From: Octopus sinensis
Taxonomy: Eukaryota
Length of the DNA stretch: 64,000 nt
Direction of reading: 5' to 3'
NCBI RefSeq assembly: GCF_006345805.1
Contig: NC_042997.1
Coordinates: 50,344,001-50,408,000, forward strand
The notes under the pieces were generated by a model. The model did no database searches. It was not told the origin of the DNA and saw nothing but the letters and a program-made list of their open reading frames with translations. Both the position numbers and the translations under genes were made by a program. Positions 1 through 12,880 of the stretch are shown in pieces (positions within the stretch are counted from its first letter, which is position 1; every line of letters begins with the position of its first letter).

Positions 1-99
1 TTTTCCTAAAATTTTCGTTGCATCTTGCAACCTTTTCAATAGTTTTGAGAGTCAAAACTATTGAAAAGGTTGCAAGACGCAACGAAAATTTTAGGAAAA
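1..99. repeat. Near-perfect hairpin (48-bp arms, 3-nt loop), probable Penelope-like pseudo-LTR fold-back
   Basis: 1-48 is the reverse complement of 52-99 with one mismatch; may extend left of the window. Confidence 0.85.
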
Positions 100-436
100 T
101 ATAAATAAGAAATAAGTGGAAACTTTTACCGGTGAGTGTGTTACATTATAAGGCACAAAGAAAAATGACTCTCCTCAGACACAACAGAATATTCTTGTAA
201 GCTGCAATCAAAAAAGGACTGAAACGTGTAAAAGAACAAAGGACTTAAAGAGTAAGAAAAATGTACATATAGATGAGTGTGTATGCATGTATGTGTGAGC
301 GGGATGATTATTCTTTTCGGTATGTAAAAATGATTTTGCTACAAGATTCCTTTCAACTGCAACAGGCAAGTCGCAATAGATCCCTTTTTTAAGTATGTGT
401 ACTAGGGAACAACATAATCTATAATATTAAATGTAT

Positions 437-655
437 AAGGCGGCGAACAGGCAAAACCATTACGATGCCGGGCGAAATGCATAGCGGTATTTCGTTCGTC
501 TTTACGTTCTGAGATCAAATTCCGCCTAGGTCAACTTTGCCTTTCAGCCTTTCGAGATTGATAAAATAAGTACCAGTTGCAAACTAAGGTCGATGTAATC
601 GACTTACACAAACTCTCGAGCTTGTTGGCCTTATGTCAGGACTTGAAACCATTAT
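437..655 (+). mobile_element. tRNA-derived SINE, dominant family (older copy)
   Basis: AAGGCGGCGA head, B-box-like GAGATCAAATTCC, central GCCTTTCAGCCTTTCGAGATTGATAAAATAAGTACCAG domain shared with the other copies. Confidence 0.85.
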
Positions 656-1664
656 TAGGTAGTAATACAAACACCTAAGTAACGTTACTCCAAAAATGAC
701 TCTTTTTTGTTCTTGGGCAGTAAATATTATCTACTAATTGTTTGAGAACACGGCTAATGTTTCCCTCACACTTTGCTTAGGTAACCTGATATCGTTATAC
801 TGAAAGTTTTCCATCTCCCCTGAAAAAACGGGCGAATTTATACATTTTCTTTTCCATAGAATCGCAAAAAAGAAAATCAAATGAATCCAATTCAACACGT
901 ATTTATGTACAGGTTATGGAAAAGAGAACTGAAGTTCACAAAATGAATATTTTTCAAGATTTACCTGACAACCCAGGCATTTGAGTTGAGAGCCCAGTGA
1001 ACATCCAGCTTGAACTATTTGGTATTATTGAAAGAAATGTCTGAATTATACATCAAGTGTGGCTTCACATTCAAAACTCTTGAAGTATTGGCGGAGAAAA
1101 GTAAATTTAGCCTATCCCGTATTGGTTTATATCCACACAATCTGGTTTTTACCTGTCAGGTGATGTAGGTTCACTTATAAAGCTTTCAAAACAAAAACAG
1201 AACAACAATAGAGTCTCACTGCAATTTATGTTCGGCATAATAACGAAATATCATTCTTCAAAACCTCGCAAAATTCGCGAGTTTTTTTCCTACAGCAACT
1301 TTATCTGAGTTGGCAGCTATGCAATATCTCACAGCTTTGGGAATAACCAAACGTATTCTGCTTCAATAACAGCGCCGGTAACTGGTGCATCTTTCTCAAG
1401 CTGTTCGTAATGTACCTTAGCATTTTTTCTTTTAATTAATAAATACTTTACTCACCGAATCACTTAGGTTTTCTTTTCTTTTCTCTTTCGGATATACAGT
1501 TGTGAATGATTCTTCAGCTCACTGCTTTGTGATGTATGAGTGTTAACTTGCATCATAGACCTTTAGCGAGTCATTTTCTTCTTTTTAAATGGTACAGATT
1601 GTAGATTTGGTGAAACCATACAATAACATTATATAAATTAACGCTACTTCTATAGAAATTAAAT

Positions 1665-1987
1665 ATATATATTACGGAGATGTACTTGCATAGCGAGTGA
1701 CTTGATCTGAGATCGTGTGCTGGAACCAAAACAATTGCAGCGTGGAAGGTGTTTATAAGCCATTTAAGAAACACACAAAAACCGTTAGATTCACTTCAAC
1801 ATTTAAATTTAATTTGTCAAAATATTTTCGTCGCGGTCTCAAAGCGGCACGAAGTTTTGTCAGTGAACAGGTCGCAGTCTCAAAGTGACGAAAATATTTT
1901 GACAAATTAAATTTAAATGTTGAAGTGAATCTAACGGTTTTTGTGTGTTTCTTAAATGGCTTATAAACACCTTCCACGCTGCAATTG

Positions 1988-1988
<1 letters not shown>
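1665..1988. mobile_element. Fold-back element, Penelope-like inverted pLTR, flanked by (TA)n
   Basis: Arms 1731-1832 and 1887-1988 are inverted copies; the left part recurs at 63946-64000. Confidence 0.7.
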
Positions 1989-2038
<50 letters not shown>

Positions 2039-2445
2039 AGTGGTGGTATACTCTCAACTTAACGTGACAGTCCCATGAAAGGGAATAATATAACTGCTAT
2101 TTAGCCCTAGGAAGCAGCACCGGTTCCTGTCGGCCTTGACACATTTACTGTGTGTCCTTATGTTTACAAAGGGGGAGATAAGCACCTCCATCCAGCTATC
2201 CCTTTTGGGGGATAATGAGCATCCAGAGACTAGCCCCTGAGTCATTGCTCGTCATCTGTCTGAAGTAGTCTCTGGAGGCTGGCTTAGCTGGGTGGAGGTG
2301 CTTATCTCTCCCCCTTTTTAAACATAAGGGCACAGGAAATGTGTCAAGGCCGACAGGAAGCGGTACTGCTTCCTAGGGCTAAATAGCAATAGTATTACTC
2401 CTTTTCATGGGACTGTCACATTAAGTTAACAGTGTACTACCACTC
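2039..2445. mobile_element. MITE-like palindromic element (~400 bp)
   Basis: 2039-2190 pairs with 2286-2444; inner stem CCAGAGACTA/TAGTCTCTGG; no coding capacity. Confidence 0.8.
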
Positions 2446-2492
2446 TATCGTGTTACTACTGTATAAATCTATCTGAAAGATTTAGAAATGTA

Positions 2493-2544
<52 letters not shown>

Positions 2545-2861
2545 GTATATATATACATGCACACATTTCTGCAGTAATGTTCATATGTTCATTTGTGCTC
2601 GACTTTGCTTTCAGTATGATGATAATGCAAATTCGAAAGAGCAAGGGAACACGTGTGCTGGACTACTTTGTTTTTGTATCCAACAGCTGAATTTATTTTC
2701 TTTTGATCTAACAAATACCTCATGTGGTTGCTTTAGTTGGGTTTTTTTCTGAGTGTGACGTACCGTTAAAACAACTGTGCGACTTTAAATCTTTCGTGCG
2801 TCCATATACAAACATAGCACACAAAACGTGTGCTTGTGGGACTTGGGAGCTATATATATTT

Positions 2862-3061
2862 AACTTATAAGTAAGGGCTAAAGAAACTTATTTCATTGCC
2901 AATATGCTGATAACAGACTATTAAATCGTCAATTTCCACATATTATTTACTCGCTAGAGAAAATAATAATATGTAAATAATATGTAGAAATTGACGATTT
3001 AATAGTCTGTTATCAGCATATTGGCATTGAAATAATTTTCTTTAGCCCTTACTTATAAGTT
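2862..3061. repeat. Inverted repeat (~89-bp arms, ~22-nt loop)
   Basis: ACTTATAAGTAAGGGCTAAAG...CATATTATTTAC versus GTAAATAATATG...CTTTAGCCCTTACTTATAAGT. Confidence 0.85.
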
Positions 3062-3178
3062 GTTTATAATTTTAACCGTAAAAGTATTTTAATATGCTGC
3101 CACATTTCTTGATGGAATTTTTTTTCTGTAGAAAAAAAAACTTCATCCTATATTAGTAGTATGTATATATATATACAC

Positions 3179-3211
<33 letters not shown>

Positions 3212-3289
3212 GTATATATGGCGGTGCCCCAGCATGGCCACAGCTTGTGAGCTGAAACTAGATAAATAAAAAAGATAATAAATAATATA

Positions 3290-3404
3290 TATATGTATAT
3301 ACATATATATATATATTTATATAGATATATATATATGTATAGATATATATGTATATATATGTATATATATATATAGATATATATATATGTATATATAGAT
3401 ATAG

Positions 3405-3467
<63 letters not shown>

Positions 3468-3477
3468 GATATAGATA

Positions 3478-3534
<57 letters not shown>

Positions 3535-3556
3535 ATATATAATATATATATATAAT

Positions 3557-3606
<50 letters not shown>

Positions 3607-3622
3607 TATCTATATCTATATC

Positions 3623-3667
<45 letters not shown>
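3290..3667. repeat. (TA)n microsatellite tract
   Basis: Imperfect TA dinucleotide run seen directly. Confidence 0.95.
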
Positions 3668-3668
<1 letters not shown>

Positions 3669-3991
3669 GTAGTCTGATCAAAAGTATGGCGACTATTGCT
3701 ATAAAAAAGCCCATATCGATTCGCCATTTCACCACCTTCGAGCTAGCCCCCCACCACCACCACCTTCCGAAGCCACACAATTTATCCAGCGCTGTTTCCA
3801 TTGATGGAAAGAATCCTTGAACACCTTTTCTGGGATAATGAGCAGCTTCCTTGTCGCATTCTCTTGGATTTCTTCGAAGTCTTAAAGTCTTGTACTTTAC
3901 AAATGGGATTTGATTTTTTGGAATAGATTCTTGGCCGTAATAAACTTCAAGCCGTATCCCTTTCCATGCACACACGCACGCACACATACAC

Positions 3992-4081
<90 letters not shown>

Positions 4082-4288
4082 TTTCTCTGCTATCGTCATT
4101 GATGGAACCTCTGTGACAATCACACTTTACGCACTTTACTTCCAAGCACTGCTATAAACACCAGAAGTGAGCGAGAACCTTATAACTTTGTGAGCATACA
4201 CGACAGAGTTCGAAGTCAATGTGTGCTAAGCACCTTCCCTCTACGTACTTTAGCTCCGTTACCATAGCAACTTATTCATTAGACATCG
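3668..4288 (-). mobile_element. Internally deleted, decayed mariner element with an internal (CA)n tract
   Basis: Degenerate TIRs TA|CGTAGTCTGATCAAAAGT and ACTTATTCATTAGACATCG|TA; minus strand near 3770-3880 reads FEEIQENATRKLLIIPEKVFKDSFHQWKQRWINCVAS, like a mariner transposase C-terminus. Confidence 0.7.
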
Positions 4289-4323
4289 TATATATATATT
4301 ATATATATATATGTATGTATATA

Positions 4324-4375
<52 letters not shown>

Positions 4376-4379
4376 TAAT

Positions 4380-5380
4380 AAAATATTAGGGAATAAATCC
4401 AAACTTACAGGGTAAAATCAGATTTAGGATTAAATCCAATTTTATAGTATGAATATATTATATTATATTAAATTAGAGATAAAACCACTATTAGGCAAAT
4501 CAAACAATGAAAAACACAAGCCAATACATAAAATTAATTTAATTTATATTATTTTAAATATATATCAAAAGTATTAAAAGTTTAATAAAAGATAAAAAGT
4601 AAAACACTACGATCGTTTCATGGCTGTACAATTCGAATAACAATAATTTAAATTCAATGAATAATTCGAGTTATGATTACAGTCAATCTTCAAGTTAATT
4701 GAAATATCTAAAAAATAATCAGAAATATTTAAACAATATTTTTAAATATAAATAATATAATAATTTTACTTATAATAAACTCTATTATCAAACTAGAAAC
4801 ATAAAACTTAACAATTATGATTATATCAAAATCGACTATTATGTTAAATATTAATTTTAATTTATAAGGTAGGAAACCCACCAATAATCTAATATCGGTA
4901 TTAATCTATATCTAATTACATAAATATTTAAAAATGACTATTATATATAAATTATCAATGAAAATATATAAATGTATATAAATATTATAATTAAGATCTA
5001 AAATAATCTCTATAAATAAATATATATGCACATATAATAAAAACCTAATAAATTAATTTTTCATATTTAAAGATGAAATAGCTAATTTCAAAATACAAAT
5101 AAACAAACTTAAACGAACTTTCGGAAATCTTATGTAAAATACTTATAGAAATAATCAATTCGTAGTAATATAGAATCGAATAAATCCTATAAATACTATA
5201 AATATAATTATCAATGGGAATAACTAGCGAATATCAATTTAAAAAAGCAATAACTTTATCTTTTAATACTTTTGATATATATTTAAAATAATATAAATTA
5301 AATTAATTTTATGTATTGGCTTATGTTTTTCATTGTTTGATTTGCCTAATAGTGATTTTATCTCTAATTTAATATAATAT
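4380..5380 (-). mobile_element. AT-rich Penelope-like remnant with inverted pLTR and hammerhead-like motif
   Basis: 4462-4580 is inverted at 5260-5380; minus strand 4694-4608 reads TTGAAGA-stem-GAAACGATCGTA. Confidence 0.65.
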
Positions 5381-5469
5381 ATATATATATATACATATAT
5401 AAAAAGAGAGAGAGAGAGATCGCACACACAGACACACACACACACAGAGACACACACACACATATATTA

Positions 5470-5730
5470 ATAATAGTAGGGAATAAGAATTCCAAACTTA
5501 CAGGGAAAAATTCAATTTAGCAATACTAAATCAAATTTCACAATATATAATATATGTATATAATTAAGAGAAATAGCCTCTATTATGTAATTCAATTGAT
5601 AGTGAAAGATATTATCTATATTAAACCAAGTAGAAAAATTTAAATATATCATAATAAATATTATTCTAAAAATCACTAAATTGAATAAACATTAAACTGA
5701 CTACGCGCGTTTCGTGACTATATATTTAAA
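5470..5730 (-). mobile_element. Related Penelope-like pLTR fragment
   Basis: Shares the AGGGAATAA..TCCAAACTTACAGGG terminus with 4388-4412; minus strand GAAACGCGCGTA at 5713-5702. Confidence 0.55.
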
Positions 5731-5799
5731 TCGATAATAATAAAATTGATACTATTAAAATTAATTCGATTTTACCCTTATTTATGAGTTGTTTATATC

Positions 5800-5830
<31 letters not shown>

Positions 5831-5867
5831 TATATATATATATATATATATGTATATTATATATATT

Positions 5868-5991
<124 letters not shown>

Positions 5992-7028
5992 TATATATAG
6001 ATATACATACACACACACACATATATATAAAGGAGAAATAACCTATATTATATCTCTGAGCAAGATATAAACAGTACGGTACCGTAGCAAATAAGCATCA
6101 ACCAATTGTGGCATCCTATACAGGACAATGTTACTAACATTTATAGCCACAGGAAGACATTCCCAGCTAGCTAACGACACGGACACGCAAATACATACAT
6201 ACGATTAAAGCACGACTGTTTTCTGCTTAGAATATACGACGTTTTCCCGTTCTATTATATTCCTTAATGTTATGGTAGTTTCTCTATACATTTTTCTAGT
6301 TACATTTGATTAAGGTTATAAAAAGATCATATTGTTCTCATGTCATAGTGTCAAGATATAGAATGTCCTGTGTCATGTAATTTGCTTACTTAAATAAAGA
6401 CAACAGTAGACCACAAACTGATACTGCCATGTGGTACAGAAGGAAGTGACCTCTGGATGCTTAACTATAAAAGTCGACCTTTACAAAATTTGAACTTAAA
6501 ATACGATACTTTGTTTATATATCGCTTGCATTCCTAGCTATCATTAACAATACTGAGACTGGTAAGGAATAGTGACAGATGTGTCTGGTGTTTGGCGTTT
6601 TGACGCAATCTCTATTTTGTATGCTAAAGATTGTGTTGAAGTGATATCAAGAATTATTATATCGTTTAGTTATTCCTGTTTCTTTCAACGAGTTTTATAT
6701 CAACATATGTACCATAATATAATAAACAATGCAACTAGTTTTCATGACGATGAAGACCACTTTGCGAAACTGCGAGATTTGGTAGAGATAGCAACCAAAT
6801 TTCTCACAAATCTACTTTCTCCCCATAGTAACGGAATGATGCATTGCATAACGTAAAACGACATTCGTTACACTGGTAGTTGAACGGTAGGGTTAAGAAA
6901 CAGAGAAACGAAAGAAAAACCAGTAAGATATAAGTTTCACCTTACTAAAGTTAAGATACAGTATGGAACAAGTGTTGACAGGAGATCATCTTCAGCAAGG
7001 TGAAGTGGTAGAACAGTATATTTTGTCA

Positions 7029-7287
7029 TATTTCGGTATGGTCATTTTGCCAGTTTAGCCAATAAAAACACACGCACTATATATTTGGTGTTAGTAAGGA
7101 AAGACACAAATAAGAAAGAAGAAAGCAAAGGACCACTGATGCGGTCACAGGAGTGTGACGAAAGAACTCTGGCCGAAATAAGATTAAGATTAATGTAAAA
7201 AATAAATAATACTGAAGCAAAGTAACACCAAATATATAGTGCGTGTGTTTTTATTGGCTAAACTGGCAAAATGACCATACCGAAATA
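7029..7287 (+). mobile_element. Fold-back element with a hammerhead-like core in the loop
   Basis: Arms 7029-7093 and 7223-7287 are inverted; the loop has CTGATGCG-GTCAC-aggagt-GTGAC-GAAA at 7136-7163. Confidence 0.7.
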
Positions 7288-8549
7288 CAACAATGTCTGT
7301 TTCAACACACGACTTCACATAAAAAATCTTGCACAACAAATATATAAACGTAGTATATTTTGTGTTATTTATTCGGTTTCTTATGTCCTGAATTCAAATT
7401 TTACCGATCTCAGCGTTGTCTTGCAGAGTCAAAAAGTAAACGTTGTAGAGCAGAGGACCAGTGCAATTGTTAGGATCAAGAGTAGGGTTGGATGCTTTAC
7501 CGAATCTGATCCGGCTCTTTATACTTTGAATTCAAACCCTGCAGTAGACTAATTGTATGGTAGACTTACGATTTACCTCTAACGCCCGGGCAAAGTGACC
7601 CTAGAGAGTCTTCTTAGTTGAAAACATTCGAGCAAGATTTCTCTTTTAGGATACCCTCTCCACCATGTGGAAGGTATCCTAAAAGCATTCCAGAAAAGGG
7701 ATGGTCATGCTCGAGGAGAGAACACCGACCGAACGACGAAATTTGAGCATACAGAAACGAAAACACATCCTGTGAGGTTAAAATCTCAAAGCGATGACAT
7801 CGCTCGAAACAGACACGGTAATTGTTAGAAAGGAAATGCATTTCAGAAACAAGGAAAATACTTAGAAAAATCATTATCAACAAAATATGTCAGATTAGGA
7901 GAACAACCATACCGTCGCCTACTTTGACAACTGTATATAAATTAAGCAAAATATAAAGCATATTCCAAAAGTCAACTTAAGAAATACAATTCCACTTGCA
8001 TAACTGAAATAGCTAACATTATTAGAACAAGGCTACCATCAATGGAATCGACAAGGAAACATCAAAACTAATACATCAAGGAAAACTAGCAATCATTTGT
8101 TCCCAGCCTAAATCATATAACAAACAGCATTGACAACTGCGACAGCCGGTTCACACGTCGTGCTACAATAATAACGTTAAGTGATACACCGAGACTCCAC
8201 CAGCGCGCAAATTGACTTACCAAACTCTTCGAAATCACTCACCAAAATATACACTCAAAGAACATAGAAATACATAACGTAAGTCAATTATCTACTTCGA
8301 CCAGAAACCTTTGCCCTTTCTTCCAGCAAGCACTAACAACGCAACAGGAAAATTCAAAAACTCAAAAACTCAAACCGGGAGTTAATAAATTTTGAAGCCT
8401 GCAGCTAAAGCACTTGCTGTCTACTTCGGAGTGATTTCTAATTAAAAGGTAATAATAAAATAAAGTCAAAGGACGCTCAACTGATAGAGGCATTAGAGCG
8501 TCACACAAAATACATTAATATCTAGTTATGGTAATTTACGTACTGTGTT

Positions 8550-8941
8550 AAGGCGGCGAGCTGGCGGAAAGGTTAGCACGATGGGCGAAATGCGTAGCCG
8601 TATTTCATCTGCAGTTACATTCTGAGTTCAAATTCCGCCGAGGTCGACTTTGCCTTTCATCCTTTCGGGGTTGATAAATTAAGTACCAGTTACGCACTGG
8701 GGTCGATATAATCGACTTAATCCGTTTGTCTGTCCTTGGTTGTCCTCTCTGTGTTTAGCCCCTTGTGGGTACTAAAGAAATAGGTATTTCGTCTGCTGCT
8801 ACGTTCTGAGTTCAAATTCCGCCGAGGTTGACTTTGCCTTTCGGGGTCGATTAAATAAGTACCAGTTACGCACTGGGGTCGATATAATCGACTTTGCCTT
8901 TCATCCTTTCGGGGTCGATTAACTAAGTACCAGTTACGCAC
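8550..8941 (+). mobile_element. tRNA-derived SINE multimer (full unit plus rearranged downstream units)
   Basis: A-box and B-box-like head; junction AAAGAAATA|GGTATTTCG at ~8783. Confidence 0.9.
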
Positions 8942-8958
8942 AAATCCAATTGAAATCA

Positions 8959-10046
8959 TCCTATTCTGTAATTCGTGTTTGTGATGACCAGGATTTAGAA
9001 ACTTGATCTTCGATATAAACGTAAAAGGAAGTTCTACCAGAAATCCTTCCTTTACTTCTTATTATTTCTAGAATGTTCGAGGTGACATCTGTGCCCCTCC
9101 ACCCCCAGATTTTTTCCAAAATTTCTTCCGATTCGTATGTTTTCAATCCAAGAGATTAGGATTTCTCCCAAGAAACACGTTCTCAGTATTTTAATTTTCT
9201 CCGTCCCCACCCCAATTTCTTCATTTTTTAAAACTTTTTTCGAATTTTTTTCTGGATTATCCACGGGTGGTGGTGGACAGAGTTCGAATCTTTAAGAATT
9301 TTCTTCTTTCTATTTTCTTAAAGAAACACTAAAATCTCCTTCCCAAACATTCACCCATCACTTCACTACTTTCAAAAAGTTACAAACTCCCAATCTTTCA
9401 CTTTTAGCTCTTTGGAAAGTGGGGAAGTTTCTTCAGAAATAATGCCATTTGCCTGTTGTTACATCATGTCGGGTTTTCTGGTGGCGGTTTGATATTTTTT
9501 ACGCCTGCTATTTCAGTACAATTGTACGCATTCGTGAAACATAAGACGAAAGTGAAATATTGAGTGCCTTTAGCTTTTCGAAAGTGGTTAGGTGATGGGT
9601 GGACAATGTGGGAGAAGTGGCAATGAGTGTTTCTTTCAGAAAAGTTAAACTTTAAAAAGAAAATATTTCTCAGATTCGTTAATGTCTGTATTTTTCTACA
9701 TGGATAAAAAAAAAACATATTAGAAAAAATGTTACAAATTAAGAAATTGCGGTGGGGACGGGAGAGGAATTAAAATTTTAAAAACGTGATTTTTGAACAA
9801 ACCTCCTTTTATACGTGAAAGAATTCATAGTTTGTGATCCTTCTTAAGAACAGAAAGCACTTTCATGCAAACTCATGCAAATTATACCCCGCCCCCCTTC
9901 ACTTTTAAACCAAGAATAACTTCCATTACTCCAGTAATCCAGTTCATTATATATCTGCTGTACCGATTCTGCCTATAAGAAAGGAACAAATAATACAATG
10001 TGGCTGTAGGTCATAACATTCGGGCAACGCCGGGATGCATTGGTAG
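8959..10046 (+). mobile_element. Non-autonomous Helitron-like element
   Basis: 3' hairpin TCGGGCAACGCCGGG followed by GTAG|T (CTAG variant), the same hairpin as the element at 60799; candidate A|TC start at 8959; internal inverted repeat ~9175-9250 versus ~9706-9790. Confidence 0.6.
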
Positions 10047-11474
10047 TGTATGTGTATCCATACATTAACTTTAACCTATTAGTTTAAATATGCCTACCTC
10101 TTCCAGTTTTCAGTTTGGGTTATTATACTGTGTACAAAAATGTACTCATGCCTTAATCTTCATTAGGTCCTGAGGATTTTCTTAAGAATTCTCGATAGTC
10201 ATTTATTTAATAATTCCGGTTAATTGCATAATTTGATTAGTTGCACATTTTTTTTCAAAACATCTAACGATTAAGCAGCCAATTTATGCGAAATTAATTG
10301 TTAATTTCATATGGAAATGACGTCAATTTCAGTAATTACGTAACATTTGTGTATATTTTTTTAAAATTTCGAGTAAAATCTTTCAAAATGTCGCTTGAAA
10401 TATAATATGTGTTTTAATATGAAGAGTGATAGCGAAAACTTGATGTTTACAAACAATCGATGCCAAAGAATTAAAAGAATTCACGTTTCTTTCATCATTT
10501 CAATAAATCAAAAACTGTCGAAGCTCGGATTGAAAGTGTCATAAAATCTTCAATAATTATACTTTTAATCTTGATAAAATTGGTAAAACGAAGAGGTGAA
10601 GAGATGCCTTTATATTTTATTTATTTCTCTATTTACTTTTCATTATTGACAAGTTTCTCCTTCGAATGGCCCAGTTAGTTCTTTCTTACTACGTATGACC
10701 GTAGCTTTTTATCATTAAGTAGAACAAGGATATCCGGAGGTTATTCTAAGAAATTGTGTATCTGATTAAGCTTCGGTAAATGAAGAATATCAAGTTTAAA
10801 TGAAAAATCTTCATGATTAATGATAAATAAGTCAAATAATTGTTATACCAATACATTTCTATTGAAAAATAGCTTGGTCTAGTTTGAGTGCAAGTAAATT
10901 ACGTATATTCCAAACGTATTGTAAATAAAAAAAAAATTAAATGCTACAGGCAATATATAATTTTACAAATCATCGCATAACGCGCTGATTCGATTAATAG
11001 CATACTTCGGTTAATTGCATAAAAACTAAATCTCCTGAGCTACTAGGGAAATCGATTGGTTACATTAATTTAAATTTTAAAAAAATATAATTTATCATCT
11101 TTTTATATTATAGCCAGTAAAGCATGCGTAGGCCACCTGTTTGAGAAGAGGGCTGTATGAGACATGGCTCATTAATAAGCTTGCTTCACTACTAAAAACA
11201 TTCAAGGTAATTTTTCGTTAAGCGTGCCATTCAATAAGTCCAGCGGGCCACAGTTTACCCATGACTTCTATAAAGTGTCAGTCACCAAGCCGACCATACT
11301 CGACAAAAGGTTTATACATTAAATGCTACCTTAAAATAGAATTGAGATAAGTATAACTATATATGCATTTGAAACAGATGTCATGATTCCTCTAAAATTT
11401 TATTCGTATAATATTGTATAATTGTACAAAGGGAGATTGAAATAAGCTTATGCAGATAAGCATATATATTTTTC

Positions 11475-11905
11475 TAATTTTGGCACACGCCACCAGTTTT
11501 AAAAGGAGGGAGTCAGTCGATACACTCGACCCGAGTGTCAGTCGATACCATCGACCCCTGTACTTGACAAGTGGTTTGCTTTATCAAAGCCCAAAGGATA
11601 AAAAACCAAATCGACTTCAACGGAATTTGAACTTAAAACCTAAACTACTAGAAGTATTTTGTCCGACGCGCTAACTTTTCCGCCAGCTCACAAGTATAAA
11701 TCATATATGATGGCTTCAAATTTTGGCATAGGATCAGCAGTTTTTGAAGGGAAGGAAAAAGTGATTACGTCGATCTTAGTACTTGAGTGGTACTTATTTT
11801 ATTGATCTCGAAAATATGAAAGTAAACTCGGCCTCCGCGGAATTTGAACTCAGAACATAAAGGGCTGTGAAATGCCAGCAAGCATTTTTTCGGCATGCTA
11901 ACAAT
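11475..11905 (-). mobile_element. Two older SINE copies in tandem
   Basis: Diverged GGAATTTGAACT and TTTTGGCAC motifs of the dominant family. Confidence 0.75.
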
Positions 11906-11907
11906 TC

Positions 11908-12300
11908 TATTCTACCATAGGCACAAAGCCTGAAATTTGGGGGAAGGGATTAGGTCAGTTACATCGACCCCAGTGCGTGACTGGTACTTATTTAATCGAC
12001 CCCGAAAGAATGAAAGGCAAAGTTGACCTTAGTGGAATTTGAACCCCGAACGTAGCGATAGACGAAATACCTATTTCTTTACTACCCAGAAGGGGCTAAA
12101 CACAGAGGAGACAAACAAGGACAGACGGATTAAGTCAATTATATCGACCCCAGTACGTAACTGGTACTTAATTTATCGACCCCGAAAGGATGAAAGGCAA
12201 AGTCGACCTCGGCGGAATTTGAACTCAGAACGTTACGACAGGTGAAATACCGCTATGTCCTTCACCCGGCGCGCTAACGGTTCTGCCAGCTCGGTGACTT
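11908..12300 (-). mobile_element. tRNA-derived SINE dimer
   Basis: Two units; junction GACGAAATACC|TATTTCTTT at ~12071. Confidence 0.9.
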
Positions 12301-12707
12301 CCCTGAAGTAGATATACAAATAGATAAACAACAAATACATTCAAGCTACAAAGATATTCAATAGAGACGTCCTATTGGCAGAGTCGAAGAGCATTGAATA
12401 ACTTTGCGGTTATTGTGCCAGTTCTGAAAGGACAACGTTGTTCTTCGTCTTTTGGAGGTCGATAAATAAAGTAACAGTCTTGTACTGGGGTCGATTCTTC
12501 TCTCTCACCTTCACGTTCTGTCTATCTCTCCTGAAGAAATTGACTTGGCTAGACGTGGAGAGAGATAGGTTCTGTCAAGTCTAAACAATACCCAAAACAT
12601 ACCATTCCTCGCAATGGCAGCCAATGACACTATGATGGAGTTGAAAACCCAAGTCAAAGCATATACAGCATATTAGTTCAGTACTAAATGAATTTTTATA
12701 ATATAAT

Positions 12708-12880
12708 ATTGGTTTCAAAGTTTGGGACATGGCCAGCATTTTATGGGAGAAGCTAAGTCATTTAAATTGATCCCAGTTCGCAACTGGTACTTATTTTATC
12801 AGCCCCGAAAGGATGGAAGGCAAAACAGACCCTGGCATATTTGAAGCCAGAACGTAAAGACGGACGAAATGTTCGCCACC
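12708..12880 (-). mobile_element. SINE copy (older subfamily)
   Basis: CTGGTACTTATTTTATC..CCCGAAAGGATGGAAGGCAAA domain. Confidence 0.8.

Noticed and set aside
12039-12245. Recurring small ORFs with RNWYLIYRPRKDERQSRPRRNLNSER
   Set aside because: Antisense translation of the SINE, repeated because the SINE is repeated
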